Positions 49,210 through 58,481 of a stretch of DNA of 64,000 bases are shown here, piece by piece; the first letter of the stretch is position 1, and every line of letters begins with the position of its first letter. The translations under genes and the position numbers were made by a program. Source of the DNA: a bacterium (GTDB lineage: Bacteria; Patescibacteriota; Patescibacteriia; UBA10025); the NCBI GenBank assembly GCA_021815445.1, contig JAKAGM010000001.1, positions 299,527-363,526 of the forward strand. Reading direction: 5' to 3'. The notes beneath the pieces are model-generated. The model ran no database searches, was not told where the DNA came from, and saw nothing but the letters and a program-made list of their open reading frames with translations.

Positions 49210-49885
49210 AACAAACCCAAGGATAGCAATTATTGATTATAAATTGAGCAACCTTTTCAGCGTCAAACATGCATGCGAGTTCGTCGGCATGAATGCTGAA
49301 ATAACATCCTCGCGCGATGATGTTTTAAATGCAGACGGTGCGATTCTGCCAGGTGTAGGGGCGTTCGGCGATGCAATGAAAAATTTAGAAAATTTAAACC
49401 TTGTCAGCGCAATTAAAGAGTTCGTCAAATCCGGAAAACCGCTCATGGGCATTTGCCTCGGACTTCAGTTGCTTTTTTCTGAAAGCGAAGAATTTGGCCC
49501 TCATAAAGGCCTCGGCATTATCCCCGGTAAAGTTGTAAAATTTCCTTCCATAAATTCGGATGGGCGCGTCATAAAGGTTCCTCAAATAGGGTGGAATACA
49601 ATTCATACGCCGGACTCAGATCCTCTCAAATGGCAGAATACTCCCCTCTTAGGAATTGCCGACGGCGAATTTATGTATTTTGTTCATTCCTACTATATTA
49701 TCCCTGACAATACGAGGGATGTGCTGACGACTACGACATACGACACAATCACGTATGCGTCAAGCATACTGCATGATAATGTCATTGCGTTCCAATTCCA
49801 TCCCGAAAAAAGCGGGATAGAGGGCGTCAAAATATATAAGAACTGGGCCTTACACCTAAAAAAATTAAATAACCCGAATATATGA
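49172..49885 (+). CDS. HisH-like class I glutamine amidotransferase (WbuX-type)
   Basis: RIAIIDYKLSNLFSV ... GICLGLQLL (catalytic Cys) ... QFHPEKS. An alternative start at 49202 (MNKTNP) avoids the overlap with the HisF-like gene. Confidence 0.85.
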   Translation: MNTTFLVGTEMNKTNPRIAIIDYKLSNLFSVKHACEFVGMNAEITSSRDDVLNADGAILPGVGAFGDAMKNLENLNLVSAIKEFVKSGKPLMGICLGLQLLFSESEEFGPHKGLGIIPGKVVKFPSINSDGRVIKVPQIGWNTIHTPDSDPLKWQNTPLLGIADGEFMYFVHSYYIIPDNTRDVLTTTTYDTITYASSILHDNVIAFQFHPEKSGIEGVKIYKNWALHLKKLNNPNI

Positions 49886-51102
49886 CTTTAAAGACCATGT
49901 ATGATCTCCCAGAAAAAGTGATTTTTTGCAAACGGTGTGTTATTTCCAATCAACGACCGGCTTCAACCCCGGAGTTCAGGCACACAAAAACTGCAAAAAA
50001 AGTTACGATTAATATAGATTCACAGGGAGTGTGTGACGCATGCCGGCAGGCTGAGGTTAAGGAAAAAATTGACTGGAGCAAACGTGAAAAGGAACTCGTC
50101 GTTTTGCTTGATAAATACCGTAAAAATGACGGAAGTTATGATTGCATCGTGCCCGGAAGTGGCGGCAAGGACAGCGCCTTTCAGGCGCACACTTTAAAAT
50201 ACAAATATGGCATGCATCCATTAACGGTAACTTGGCCTCCGATCCTCTACACTGACTATGGTTATCAAAATTTTAAAAATTGGATTGAAATTGGCGGTTT
50301 TGATAATATCACATTCAAGCAAAACGGACGGGTGATGAAACTGCTTACGAGACTGGCAATCGAAAACCTTTTTCACCCTTTTCAGACATTCATTCTTGGG
50401 CAGAAAAATCTCGGACCAAAAATCGCTTTAAAGTACAAAATTCCCCTGATTTTTTACGGAGAAAATGAAGCGGAATACGGAAACCCAATTGCCGAAAACG
50501 CAACATCCCTTCGCGATAAATCTTACTATGCAATGGAAAATCTTGACGAAGTATACCTCGGGGGCGTTTCGATTCCGGAACTTATAAAAAAATATAACAT
50601 CCAGCTAGCGGACCTTATGGCTTTTCTCCCCCCACGGGCAGAAGATTTAGACTCCTCAAAAATTGAAGTGCACTATTTAGGATATTACCTCAAATGGACG
50701 CCGCAAGAAGTTTATTATTACGCGGTTGAAAATACCGGTTTTAAGGCACGCCCTTTTCGCACACAGGGCACCTATAGCAAATATAATAGCATCGACGATA
50801 AAATCGACGATCTGCATTATTACACGACTCACATCAAATTCGGGATTGGTCGGGCGACATACGACGCTTCGCAGGAAATAAGGAATAGACACCTAACACG
50901 CGAAGACGGCAAAGCGCTCGTCAAACGTTTTGACGGCGAATTTCCAGATCGATATTTTGACGAAATAATGAACTATATAGGCATGGAGCCGAAACATTTC
51001 TTCGAATTATGTGATAAATTCAGACCGTCTCATTTGTGGAAAAAAATTGATGGTGAGTGGAAATTGCGTCACACTGTGAATAGTGACGGCACAGACGATT
51101 AA
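49882..51102 (+). CDS. N-acetyl sugar amidotransferase, PP-loop ATPase (PseA/WbuZ/WbpG-like)
   Basis: 406 aa. N-terminal Cys cluster (CKRC...C..C) and PP-loop VPGSGGKDS. Family partner of the HisH/HisF-like pair in acetamidino-sugar formation. Confidence 0.8.
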   Translation: MTLKTMYDLPEKVIFCKRCVISNQRPASTPEFRHTKTAKKVTINIDSQGVCDACRQAEVKEKIDWSKREKELVVLLDKYRKNDGSYDCIVPGSGGKDSAFQAHTLKYKYGMHPLTVTWPPILYTDYGYQNFKNWIEIGGFDNITFKQNGRVMKLLTRLAIENLFHPFQTFILGQKNLGPKIALKYKIPLIFYGENEAEYGNPIAENATSLRDKSYYAMENLDEVYLGGVSIPELIKKYNIQLADLMAFLPPRAEDLDSSKIEVHYLGYYLKWTPQEVYYYAVENTGFKARPFRTQGTYSKYNSIDDKIDDLHYYTTHIKFGIGRATYDASQEIRNRHLTREDGKALVKRFDGEFPDRYFDEIMNYIGMEPKHFFELCDKFRPSHLWKKIDGEWKLRHTVNSDGTDD

Positions 51103-52093
51103 GCAAATAATACTCACCCATATGAAAACAGCAGTCATTATCGGTGCAGGACAGCTTGGAAGCAGACATCTTCAAGCGCTTAAATCAGTGACAACTGCCC
51201 TTGAGATTTATGTTATCGATCCTTCAGATAAGTCCCTCAAAGTCGCGAAAGAACGATACGATACTATTGACTCCAAACAACCTAAGCAGCGAGTGACATT
51301 TGCTAATTCTTTACCGGACTCTTTGGATATAGAAATAGCAATTGTAGCTACAAATGCGGATGTTCGAAGAACTGTTGTTGAAAAAATGCTGCGTACAGCC
51401 AAAGTAAGACATCTCATATTGGAAAAACTACTGTTCAGCAAACCGGAAGATTATCCTGCGGTAGCAAAGCTGCTAAGAGAAAAAAACGTTGCGTGCTGGG
51501 TAAATTGCAGCATGAGAACTATGCCTTTTTATCAAACCCTTCAAAAACACTTTAAAGACCTACCGCTCACATACACGGTGACAGGCAGTCAATTCGGGTT
51601 AGTGACTAACGCAATTCATTACCTTGACCATGTGGCTTTCCTTACTGGGTGTCCTGACTTTACTATTTCGACTCAATATTTAAATCCCCGACCCATTGAG
51701 AGTAAACGACCAGGATTTTTGGAACTTAACGGTACGCTGCTTGCCGAGTACCAAAATGGCAGTATCGCTGCGCTTACATGCTACTCTGATGGCAATGCCC
51801 CGGTTGTAGTAGAGATCTGCAACCAAGACTACCGCTGTATATCACGGGAATCGGAGAAACTAGCATGGATTTCGAACCAAAAACAAAACTGGCAGTGGAG
51901 CGAGGTACCCTCAAACTTACCCTACCAAAGCGCAATGACTACCGATGTGGTTGAAGAATTGTTAAAAAAGGGGACGTGTTCCTTGACTCCTTACGCTGAA
52001 TCGATGTCCATCCACCTTAACCTGTTGCCAAAATTACAGGAATTCCTCGATAGAAAATCCACCAAGCAATTTGATCATTATCCATTTACGTAA
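51083..52093 (+). CDS. NAD(P)-binding oxidoreductase (Gfo/Idh/MocA-like)
   Basis: KTAVIIGAGQLGSRHLQAL Rossmann motif. An alternative start at 51122 avoids a 20-nt overlap. Confidence 0.55.
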   Translation: MTAQTIKQIILTHMKTAVIIGAGQLGSRHLQALKSVTTALEIYVIDPSDKSLKVAKERYDTIDSKQPKQRVTFANSLPDSLDIEIAIVATNADVRRTVVEKMLRTAKVRHLILEKLLFSKPEDYPAVAKLLREKNVACWVNCSMRTMPFYQTLQKHFKDLPLTYTVTGSQFGLVTNAIHYLDHVAFLTGCPDFTISTQYLNPRPIESKRPGFLELNGTLLAEYQNGSIAALTCYSDGNAPVVVEICNQDYRCISRESEKLAWISNQKQNWQWSEVPSNLPYQSAMTTDVVEELLKKGTCSLTPYAESMSIHLNLLPKLQEFLDRKSTKQFDHYPFT

Positions 52094-53077
52094 ATGAACA
52101 GCGCATCCCATCCAAAAGTTCTACTCATAGGTACCGGTCCAATAGGTATCGAATACGCAAAAATACTCCAGGCGTTGCGGAAAGACTTTTTAGTTGTGGG
52201 TCGTAGTGAATCATCGTGTAAAAATTTTTTCAGTCAAACAGGAGTTACTGCCCAAATGGGGGGAATACAGGAATGGTTCAGCGTGCACCCGAATATACAT
52301 AGTGACCAGATAGAAAAGGTTATCATCGCTGTCAGCGAAAATGAACTCGGCATTGTGACGCTTACCTGCCTGGAACATGGATGTAATAACATCCTGGTAG
52401 AGAAGCCGGGGGGATTAAATATTGAGGAAATTAAAAAAGTAGAAAGTACATCCAAAAAAAAACATGCTCTCGTTTTTGTTGGGTATAACCGTCGTCAGTA
52501 TGCTTCAGTGAAAATGTGCAAAAAATTGCTTGCAGACGACGGAGGCGTGACGTCTTTTAATTTTGAATTTACTGAATGGGGACACGTCATCCAAGATCTA
52601 AAAAAAGCTGCAGGCGTAAAAGAACAATGGTTTCTGCATAATTCTACGCATGTGATTGACCTTGCATTTTTTCTGGGCGGAAATCCAAAAAAAATAGTGA
52701 CATTTACAAAAGGTTCGTTACCTTGGCATCCTTCGGGGTCGATCTTTGCGGGTGCTGGTGAGTCTTCTTCAGGGGCATTATTCTCTTATCAAGCAAATTG
52801 GTCGGCGCCTGGTCGGTGGGGCGTAGAGGTATTAACATCAAAACATAGATTCATTTTACGTCCTTTGGAAAAACTTCAGATGCAAAAAATCGGATCCGTC
52901 GAGATTTCGGAAGTCCCGTTGGAAGATCGGTACGACAAGGAGTTTAAACCCGGTTTTTACGAGCAAACCAATGCTTTTCTGACTGAAAACTACGACCTTC
53001 TGTGTTCAATTGAAGAGCAAAAGAGAAATTGTGCCACTTATGAAAAAATCTCAGGCAACACCCACAGTTTGGTATGA
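52094..53077 (+). CDS. NAD(P)-binding oxidoreductase (Gfo/Idh/MocA-like), second copy
   Basis: 327 aa. KVLLIGTGPIGIEYAKIL Rossmann motif. Same architecture as the preceding gene but a distinct sequence. Confidence 0.55.
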   Translation: MNSASHPKVLLIGTGPIGIEYAKILQALRKDFLVVGRSESSCKNFFSQTGVTAQMGGIQEWFSVHPNIHSDQIEKVIIAVSENELGIVTLTCLEHGCNNILVEKPGGLNIEEIKKVESTSKKKHALVFVGYNRRQYASVKMCKKLLADDGGVTSFNFEFTEWGHVIQDLKKAAGVKEQWFLHNSTHVIDLAFFLGGNPKKIVTFTKGSLPWHPSGSIFAGAGESSSGALFSYQANWSAPGRWGVEVLTSKHRFILRPLEKLQMQKIGSVEISEVPLEDRYDKEFKPGFYEQTNAFLTENYDLLCSIEEQKRNCATYEKISGNTHSLV

Positions 53078-53829
53078 TGGCAGCTGATCTTGGTTGTGGA
53101 GTAAATAAAACGAGGGATACCGTGGGCATCGACCGATTCCCGCTTGAGGGTGTCGATGTTGTTGTCGACCTCAATAAATTCCCATACCCCTTTGCCGATA
53201 ACTCGTTTGACGTCTTCTACCTCAATGACATCATCGAACATTTACCCGACACCATTGGAGTTATGGAGGAATTATACAGATTATGTAAACCAAACGCTCA
53301 CATCTACATACGAGTTATAAATTGGAACAGTAAATTAAACGCCGAGGACCCGACGCATGTAAAAGCATTCACTGAACATACATTTGATTTCTTTGGAAAA
53401 TACGCATTACGTTCCTACTATAGTAAGGCGAGATTTGAAGTTGTATCCTGTGAGTACCAATTCAACGCAAAAGTGGAAAAATACATAAAAAACCGTCGCC
53501 TCATGAAATTCCTAGGTACTTATTTGAATAACGTTTTAGAGGGTCTCAATTTTGACCTGCGGTGTGTAAAAAATACAACATCCCCCAGCGAACATGAACC
53601 TCGTCAGGATCGGGATATTTTTTCGCTTATCAGGTGTCCGCATTGCATCGGTGATAAAGAAACAAAGGATAACTCCAGTTTAACTATTTACAACACCGAC
53701 TGGCTTCTGTGCAGCAACCCTCATTGCAAAAGAAAATACCCGATAGTAAATGGGACCCCCCTGCTCACCTTAAAGGATGGTAATAAACGGATATCCGTAC
53801 AGCCGGAATCACTTGCAACAATAACCTAA
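53074..53829 (+). CDS. Class I SAM-dependent methyltransferase with C-terminal Trm112-like zinc ribbon
   Basis: DLGCGVNKT motif I, DVFYLNDIIEHL motif II-III. C-terminal CPHC...CSNPHCKRKYPIVNGTPLL resembles the Trm112 zinc-ribbon (YPI.dGIP.L) element. Confidence 0.8.
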   Translation: MMAADLGCGVNKTRDTVGIDRFPLEGVDVVVDLNKFPYPFADNSFDVFYLNDIIEHLPDTIGVMEELYRLCKPNAHIYIRVINWNSKLNAEDPTHVKAFTEHTFDFFGKYALRSYYSKARFEVVSCEYQFNAKVEKYIKNRRLMKFLGTYLNNVLEGLNFDLRCVKNTTSPSEHEPRQDRDIFSLIRCPHCIGDKETKDNSSLTIYNTDWLLCSNPHCKRKYPIVNGTPLLTLKDGNKRISVQPESLATIT

Positions 53830-53839
53830 TGTATCGTAC

Positions 53840-54790
53840 ATGACCCAATCGATTTTCAGAAAATATTATTCTTCCGAATCGCTTGTTGATAAATTCTCGA
53901 GTGATCAATCATCGGGCGTCGATGTGATTATTCCCATTATTCACACAAATGAACTGTGGGAAAGCAATTTGCATTCTATGTACCGGGAAATTCCGATTCG
54001 GCGTTTGCTTATCGGTGACGGCGGATGCAAGGATAATTCCATTGAAGTGGTAAAGAAGTTTCCGCGAGTAAAAATTTTTGACCATAGGTCATTCGTTTCA
54101 CTCGGATATAGCATCAAAAAGCTAATCGAGCAAGTCGAGTCCGAATGGTTTATTTACCTTCACTCAGATGTTTATATTCCCGCCGGTTGGTTTATCGAAA
54201 TGTCAAAGAATAAAAAAAACTACGACTGGTTTGAGTGTAACCAGCGCATAACGGCGCTCATTGAATATCCCCTTGATTACACGGGGATCCATCGACCGTT
54301 TTCGGGAAGCCAGATGGGGAAAAAAGAAATATTTTCGTCCGTCCTGGGTAAGATAGATGATGACTTTCTTTATCGAAATGAGGATATAATTTTTTCAGAG
54401 TTAATCCAAAAAGAGGGGTACCGATACGGCAGGGTTAAGTCAACTTTTCACTACCATCAATTAATGCACAAAGAGGGACCATGGGAGCGAAAAATATCCT
54501 CTGTCGACTTTATCGTGGAAAAGTCAAAAGAGGAGGAGTTTAGAGAGTCAAATATGCAAATCAGGGGGATCATTAAATATCTCGATCCGACTGACGCTCA
54601 CGCAGATATGATTCAAATTCATATTGCAAAGTTGTTGTCGAAACATCTTCTCCAAAAAAAGAAATTTGTGCGATGGGTTGAGCAAACCAATCCGGCATGG
54701 AAAAAACTCATCAAGCGAAGGTTAAAAAAGATTGCTTTGCTTAATGCCGTTAAACGCGCATATGCATTAATTCCCGGCTGGTTGAGGTAG
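53840..54790 (+). CDS. Putative GT-A fold glycosyltransferase
   Basis: 316 aa. VDVIIPIIHTNE ... IGDGGCKDNS ... YLHSDV resemble GT2-like nucleotide-binding and DxD elements. Weak assignment. Confidence 0.4.
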   Translation: MTQSIFRKYYSSESLVDKFSSDQSSGVDVIIPIIHTNELWESNLHSMYREIPIRRLLIGDGGCKDNSIEVVKKFPRVKIFDHRSFVSLGYSIKKLIEQVESEWFIYLHSDVYIPAGWFIEMSKNKKNYDWFECNQRITALIEYPLDYTGIHRPFSGSQMGKKEIFSSVLGKIDDDFLYRNEDIIFSELIQKEGYRYGRVKSTFHYHQLMHKEGPWERKISSVDFIVEKSKEEEFRESNMQIRGIIKYLDPTDAHADMIQIHIAKLLSKHLLQKKKFVRWVEQTNPAWKKLIKRRLKKIALLNAVKRAYALIPGWLR

Positions 54791-54801
54791 CCGACACAAG
54801 T

Positions 54802-56244
54802 ATGAAAAAAAAAGTTTTAGTGATTATTCATTCAAACACCTATTTTAATGAGTTGTTTAAATTAGCCAGAATGCTTTTACACTCCGAGGCGTATGAACCG
54901 ATTTTGTTATTTCCCGTAAACTACTCCAGAAAAGACGATAATGTTGCGACTTGCTTGCATAATGGATTAACTTGTCTCGATGAATTAGGTACTCAGCTGA
55001 AACACGCAAGTGTTAAAAATACCGGCGTAACAGCGTCAACGTTTCCTTTACATAATGTGACTGCCTCTTTGCGTACCTGGGTGCGAAACATGCTCAAAAT
55101 CATCCAAATTGACTTCATTTTCGGGACTTTGTACATGATTCTATTTCTGAAAAGACGAATCTCATTCGCTCAAGAGGTCATTAAAAAGCACAATTGTGAA
55201 CTCATAGTCGTGGGTGGCGATCTTGTACATTATGATTCTTCCGCATTTATCCGCGCGGGGCATGAATTGGGCGTTAAGTCCGTCATCATACCTTGCACGA
55301 TGTCAAACGCCCTTGAGATGGCGGAATCATACTACGGTGACAAGCGCTATTCGATGTCAACTCTTGGTAACTGGCTTGCGGGTAAGCTGATGCCTGAGTG
55401 GACCTATATACATAAGGGAAAAAAAATGCTTCGGACTCCGGCCGACCGTGCATTTGCTATGTATTTTCTCCGCCTCTCCCCCCCATTTCCGTGGATAAAT
55501 AACAGCTCCTTTGCAGATGCCATTGCGGCAGAGAGCGAGATGATGAGGCTGTATTACACTCGAGAAGGGATACCAAACGCTCAGATAACAATTACAGGAT
55601 CCCCCTCTCATGATATTTTGGCGAGTGCCGAAAAAAAGCTTGATACCGAGAAACATACTATTTTCCGGGAGTTGAATCTCAACCCGGGAAAACCGGTCAT
55701 TTTATCCCCCCTGGTGCCAAATCAACACTACCTCGCCGGGGGAAGACCTGAATGCGAATTTCGCACTTATGAGGAACTAATCGAATTCTGGGTACATGCC
55801 ATTTCGAAGATGAGCTCGTCTCATAATATTTTAATAAATCTCCACCCTTCAATGAAAATTGATGATTATAGGAAATTTGAGAAAAATGGAGTTACAATTT
55901 CCGACGCTGACATAACATCACTCATACCTTACTGTGATTTCTTTGTAGCAAGCGTTTCTTCAGTCATTCGGTGGGCCATTGCGTGCGGCAAGCCTGTCCT
56001 TAATTATGACATATATAAATTCCGATACACTGATTACCTCTACCAACCAGCGGTGATCACTACTGAGAAAAAAGGGGATTTTCTGAATTTCTTGGAAAGG
56101 TTGAGCCATGACGCCGCATATTTACGCGAGTTATCGCTGAAGCAAAAAATTTTTTCGAGGAAATGGGGTATCCTTGATGGCAAAGCGCACGTCAGAATCA
56201 TCCAGTTGTTTGATTTGCTCACCAAATCGGGAGTACATGCCTAG
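54802..56244 (+). CDS. Large GT-B-like transferase, tandem paralog 1 (Capsule_synth/KpsS-KpsC-like candidate)
   Basis: 480 aa. N-terminus KVLVIIHSNTYFNELFKLARML. C-terminal FFVASVSSVIRWAIACGKPVLNYDIYKF resembles the ...TINSgvGlEAL..GKPV..G...Y motif of beta-Kdo/sialyl-type Capsule_synth transferases. Confidence 0.45.
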   Translation: MKKKVLVIIHSNTYFNELFKLARMLLHSEAYEPILLFPVNYSRKDDNVATCLHNGLTCLDELGTQLKHASVKNTGVTASTFPLHNVTASLRTWVRNMLKIIQIDFIFGTLYMILFLKRRISFAQEVIKKHNCELIVVGGDLVHYDSSAFIRAGHELGVKSVIIPCTMSNALEMAESYYGDKRYSMSTLGNWLAGKLMPEWTYIHKGKKMLRTPADRAFAMYFLRLSPPFPWINNSSFADAIAAESEMMRLYYTREGIPNAQITITGSPSHDILASAEKKLDTEKHTIFRELNLNPGKPVILSPLVPNQHYLAGGRPECEFRTYEELIEFWVHAISKMSSSHNILINLHPSMKIDDYRKFEKNGVTISDADITSLIPYCDFFVASVSSVIRWAIACGKPVLNYDIYKFRYTDYLYQPAVITTEKKGDFLNFLERLSHDAAYLRELSLKQKIFSRKWGILDGKAHVRIIQLFDLLTKSGVHA

Positions 56245-57595
56245 ATTCATACTCTTTGTCGTAAATACAAACACATATTTCTCCGTATTATTCAATTTAG
56301 CCAGGCGGTTTAAGGCGTCTTCTTTCGCCATCCATATCGTGTTTGATGGAGGCTACCCTACCCTTCAACACGATATCGAACGCTGCCGAACAGCAAGACT
56401 AGATTTTTCCATTAGAAACGAGTACGGTTTTTCGAATAATTATTTCATCCGCGTCCTTCAGTTAATCTTATCGAGGGGGTCCCTTGGCAAATTCGTTAAA
56501 TCCTATCTCCAGACGCTCTATGATATCCGATCAATTAAGCAGCTACTGCAACAAAAACAGCCGGATTTTATCGCCCTGGCGGCTGATAACGTCGCATATT
56601 CCACCGCGTTATATATTAAGCTCGGACATACCCTCGGCATAAAAACAGTCGTTTTTCCGCAGTGGTTAGCTAATGCGAAAGAGCCCGTGGAATTTATCAT
56701 TAATGACGATGATTATGAAGTGAAATCTGTTTACTCAAAACTTATTGCCAGGTTCTTTCCCAAGTGGACTTTTTCTGTGAATGGAAAAACATTGCTTCGT
56801 CTGCCTGCTCAAAAAATACTTCTCAAGGAGCTATTTGGCATCTCGCCCAAACTCCCATGGATACTGCATAGCGGAGATGCCGATCGTATCGCTTTAGAAA
56901 GCCGGGCGATGAAAGCATTTTCCAGGAGAATTGGCTTGCCGGATGAACAAACCATTGTAACAGGTTCATTGGAGCTAGACATGTTGTGCGATATAAAGAA
57001 ACACTCTGCAATTTTGCGCCATAAACTCTACGCTAGATACGGATTTGCAAAATCACGCCCCCTTGTGATTACCGCCCTGCCGCCTGATTTCTACACACAT
57101 ACCGGAGGGAGGCCTCAAAGCGAATTTAAAAATTACCGAGAGCTTTTGAATAAGTGGATTGATGCTTTCAAAGTCAATAACCCGGCGAATTTACTGGTTT
57201 GCGTTCATCCCTCTGTAGATAAAAAAAACTTTTCACTGGCTGAGACTGCATACATGAAGCTCTGCAGGGAAGATTTAATTAACGTTTTACCACTTGGGGA
57301 CTTGTTCGTAGCAAGTGTTTCCGCTACTATTCAGTGGGCAATCTGCGTAAATATCCCGACTATAAACTATGACGTTTACCAATATGACTACGATGAATAT
57401 AAGCATGTTGCGGGCGTTATTACTGTTCGCGATTACCACAATTTTAAAACGACGCTGAAACATCTGACACAGCGGCCGGCTGAAATCGAGGAGCTGAGGA
57501 AAAAGCAAAGCAAAATCTCAGACATGTGGGGAACTCTCGATGGTCATTCATTCGACCGTATACAATCATTAATCGATTCTCTCGATAAAGCATGA
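56237..57595 (+). CDS. Large GT-B-like transferase, tandem paralog 2
   Basis: Aligns with the preceding gene at both ends (FILFVVNTNTYFSVLFNLARRF; LFVASVSATIQWAICVNIPTINYDVYQYDY; C-terminal WGTLDGHSFDRIQSLID vs WGILDGKAHVRIIQLFD). Start at ATG 56237 (8-nt overlap) preferred over ORF-track 56174. Confidence 0.45.
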   Translation: MPRFILFVVNTNTYFSVLFNLARRFKASSFAIHIVFDGGYPTLQHDIERCRTARLDFSIRNEYGFSNNYFIRVLQLILSRGSLGKFVKSYLQTLYDIRSIKQLLQQKQPDFIALAADNVAYSTALYIKLGHTLGIKTVVFPQWLANAKEPVEFIINDDDYEVKSVYSKLIARFFPKWTFSVNGKTLLRLPAQKILLKELFGISPKLPWILHSGDADRIALESRAMKAFSRRIGLPDEQTIVTGSLELDMLCDIKKHSAILRHKLYARYGFAKSRPLVITALPPDFYTHTGGRPQSEFKNYRELLNKWIDAFKVNNPANLLVCVHPSVDKKNFSLAETAYMKLCREDLINVLPLGDLFVASVSATIQWAICVNIPTINYDVYQYDYDEYKHVAGVITVRDYHNFKTTLKHLTQRPAEIEELRKKQSKISDMWGTLDGHSFDRIQSLIDSLDKA

Positions 57596-58473
57596 TCTCC
57601 AAAATCGCAAAATTTCTTAAAGAGTTGGCGCTTCTGGTCGAATCAGTTGTTAAAATTCTTTTTTTCTCAAATTTTCAACCCCCGATCAGGAACCTGCGCA
57701 TAGACTCTTCCAAGCCCTCGGTTATACTTGGAAACGGCCCGTCCCTGACTACAACGCTGTCTGACTACCCAGCATTTTTTGTTAATAAAACAAATATTTG
57801 CGTGAATGATTTTGCTGATTCAGACTATTTCGAAAAAATTAAACCCACCATATACGTTTTTACCGACCCGACATACTGGATGACATCAGCGTCGGCGAGA
57901 ATTCAAAACCAACTCGAGCTGTACAAGCAAAAGATGGTAAATAACGTTACCTGGAAAATGACGATTATCTTGCCTTTCGCGGCAAAAAAATGGAATTATT
58001 TCATTGATGTCCCAAAAAAAAATACTAATATATCGATTTGCTACATTAATACGACCGAGGTCAATTGTTTCAAGCGTCTGCGCTTTTATTTGTATAGTAG
58101 AAACTTAGCTATTCCACCAATGCAAAATGTCATTGTTGCAGCTCTCTTTATATCCGTAAACGTGGGAATAAAAACGGCCTACCTTGTCGGGGCTGATCAT
58201 TCATGGCATGAAAGCTTTTTTGTAGGAAATGATAATATCCTCTATTTAAAAAACAAGCGTTTCCAAGATAGAGAAGAGGCGACGTATTCTCCGTTTTATC
58301 AGGATCCCGGTGAAACACTTCCCTATCGAATGGATAATCTACTTTTCGCCCTGGCGAGAATGTTTCAAGGCTACCGCGAACTTGAAGAGTATGCGAAACT
58401 ACATCATGCGAAAATATTTAATGCAAGCACGAAGTCATATATTGACGCCTTTGAAAGATATAAAATATCATAA
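57592..58473 (+). CDS. GT42/DUF115 (MAF_flag10)-like CMP-nonulosonate transferase
   Basis: VILGNGPSL ... ICVNDFADSDYFEK ... VAALFISVNVGIKTAYLVGADHSW parallels Campylobacter Cst-II/Maf motifs IIAGNGPSL ... FRCNQFYFED ... CAVAIALGYKEIYLSGIDFY. ATGA overlap with the upstream gene. Confidence 0.65.
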   Translation: MISKIAKFLKELALLVESVVKILFFSNFQPPIRNLRIDSSKPSVILGNGPSLTTTLSDYPAFFVNKTNICVNDFADSDYFEKIKPTIYVFTDPTYWMTSASARIQNQLELYKQKMVNNVTWKMTIILPFAAKKWNYFIDVPKKNTNISICYINTTEVNCFKRLRFYLYSRNLAIPPMQNVIVAALFISVNVGIKTAYLVGADHSWHESFFVGNDNILYLKNKRFQDREEATYSPFYQDPGETLPYRMDNLLFALARMFQGYRELEEYAKLHHAKIFNASTKSYIDAFERYKIS

Positions 58474-58481
58474 TACCAACC

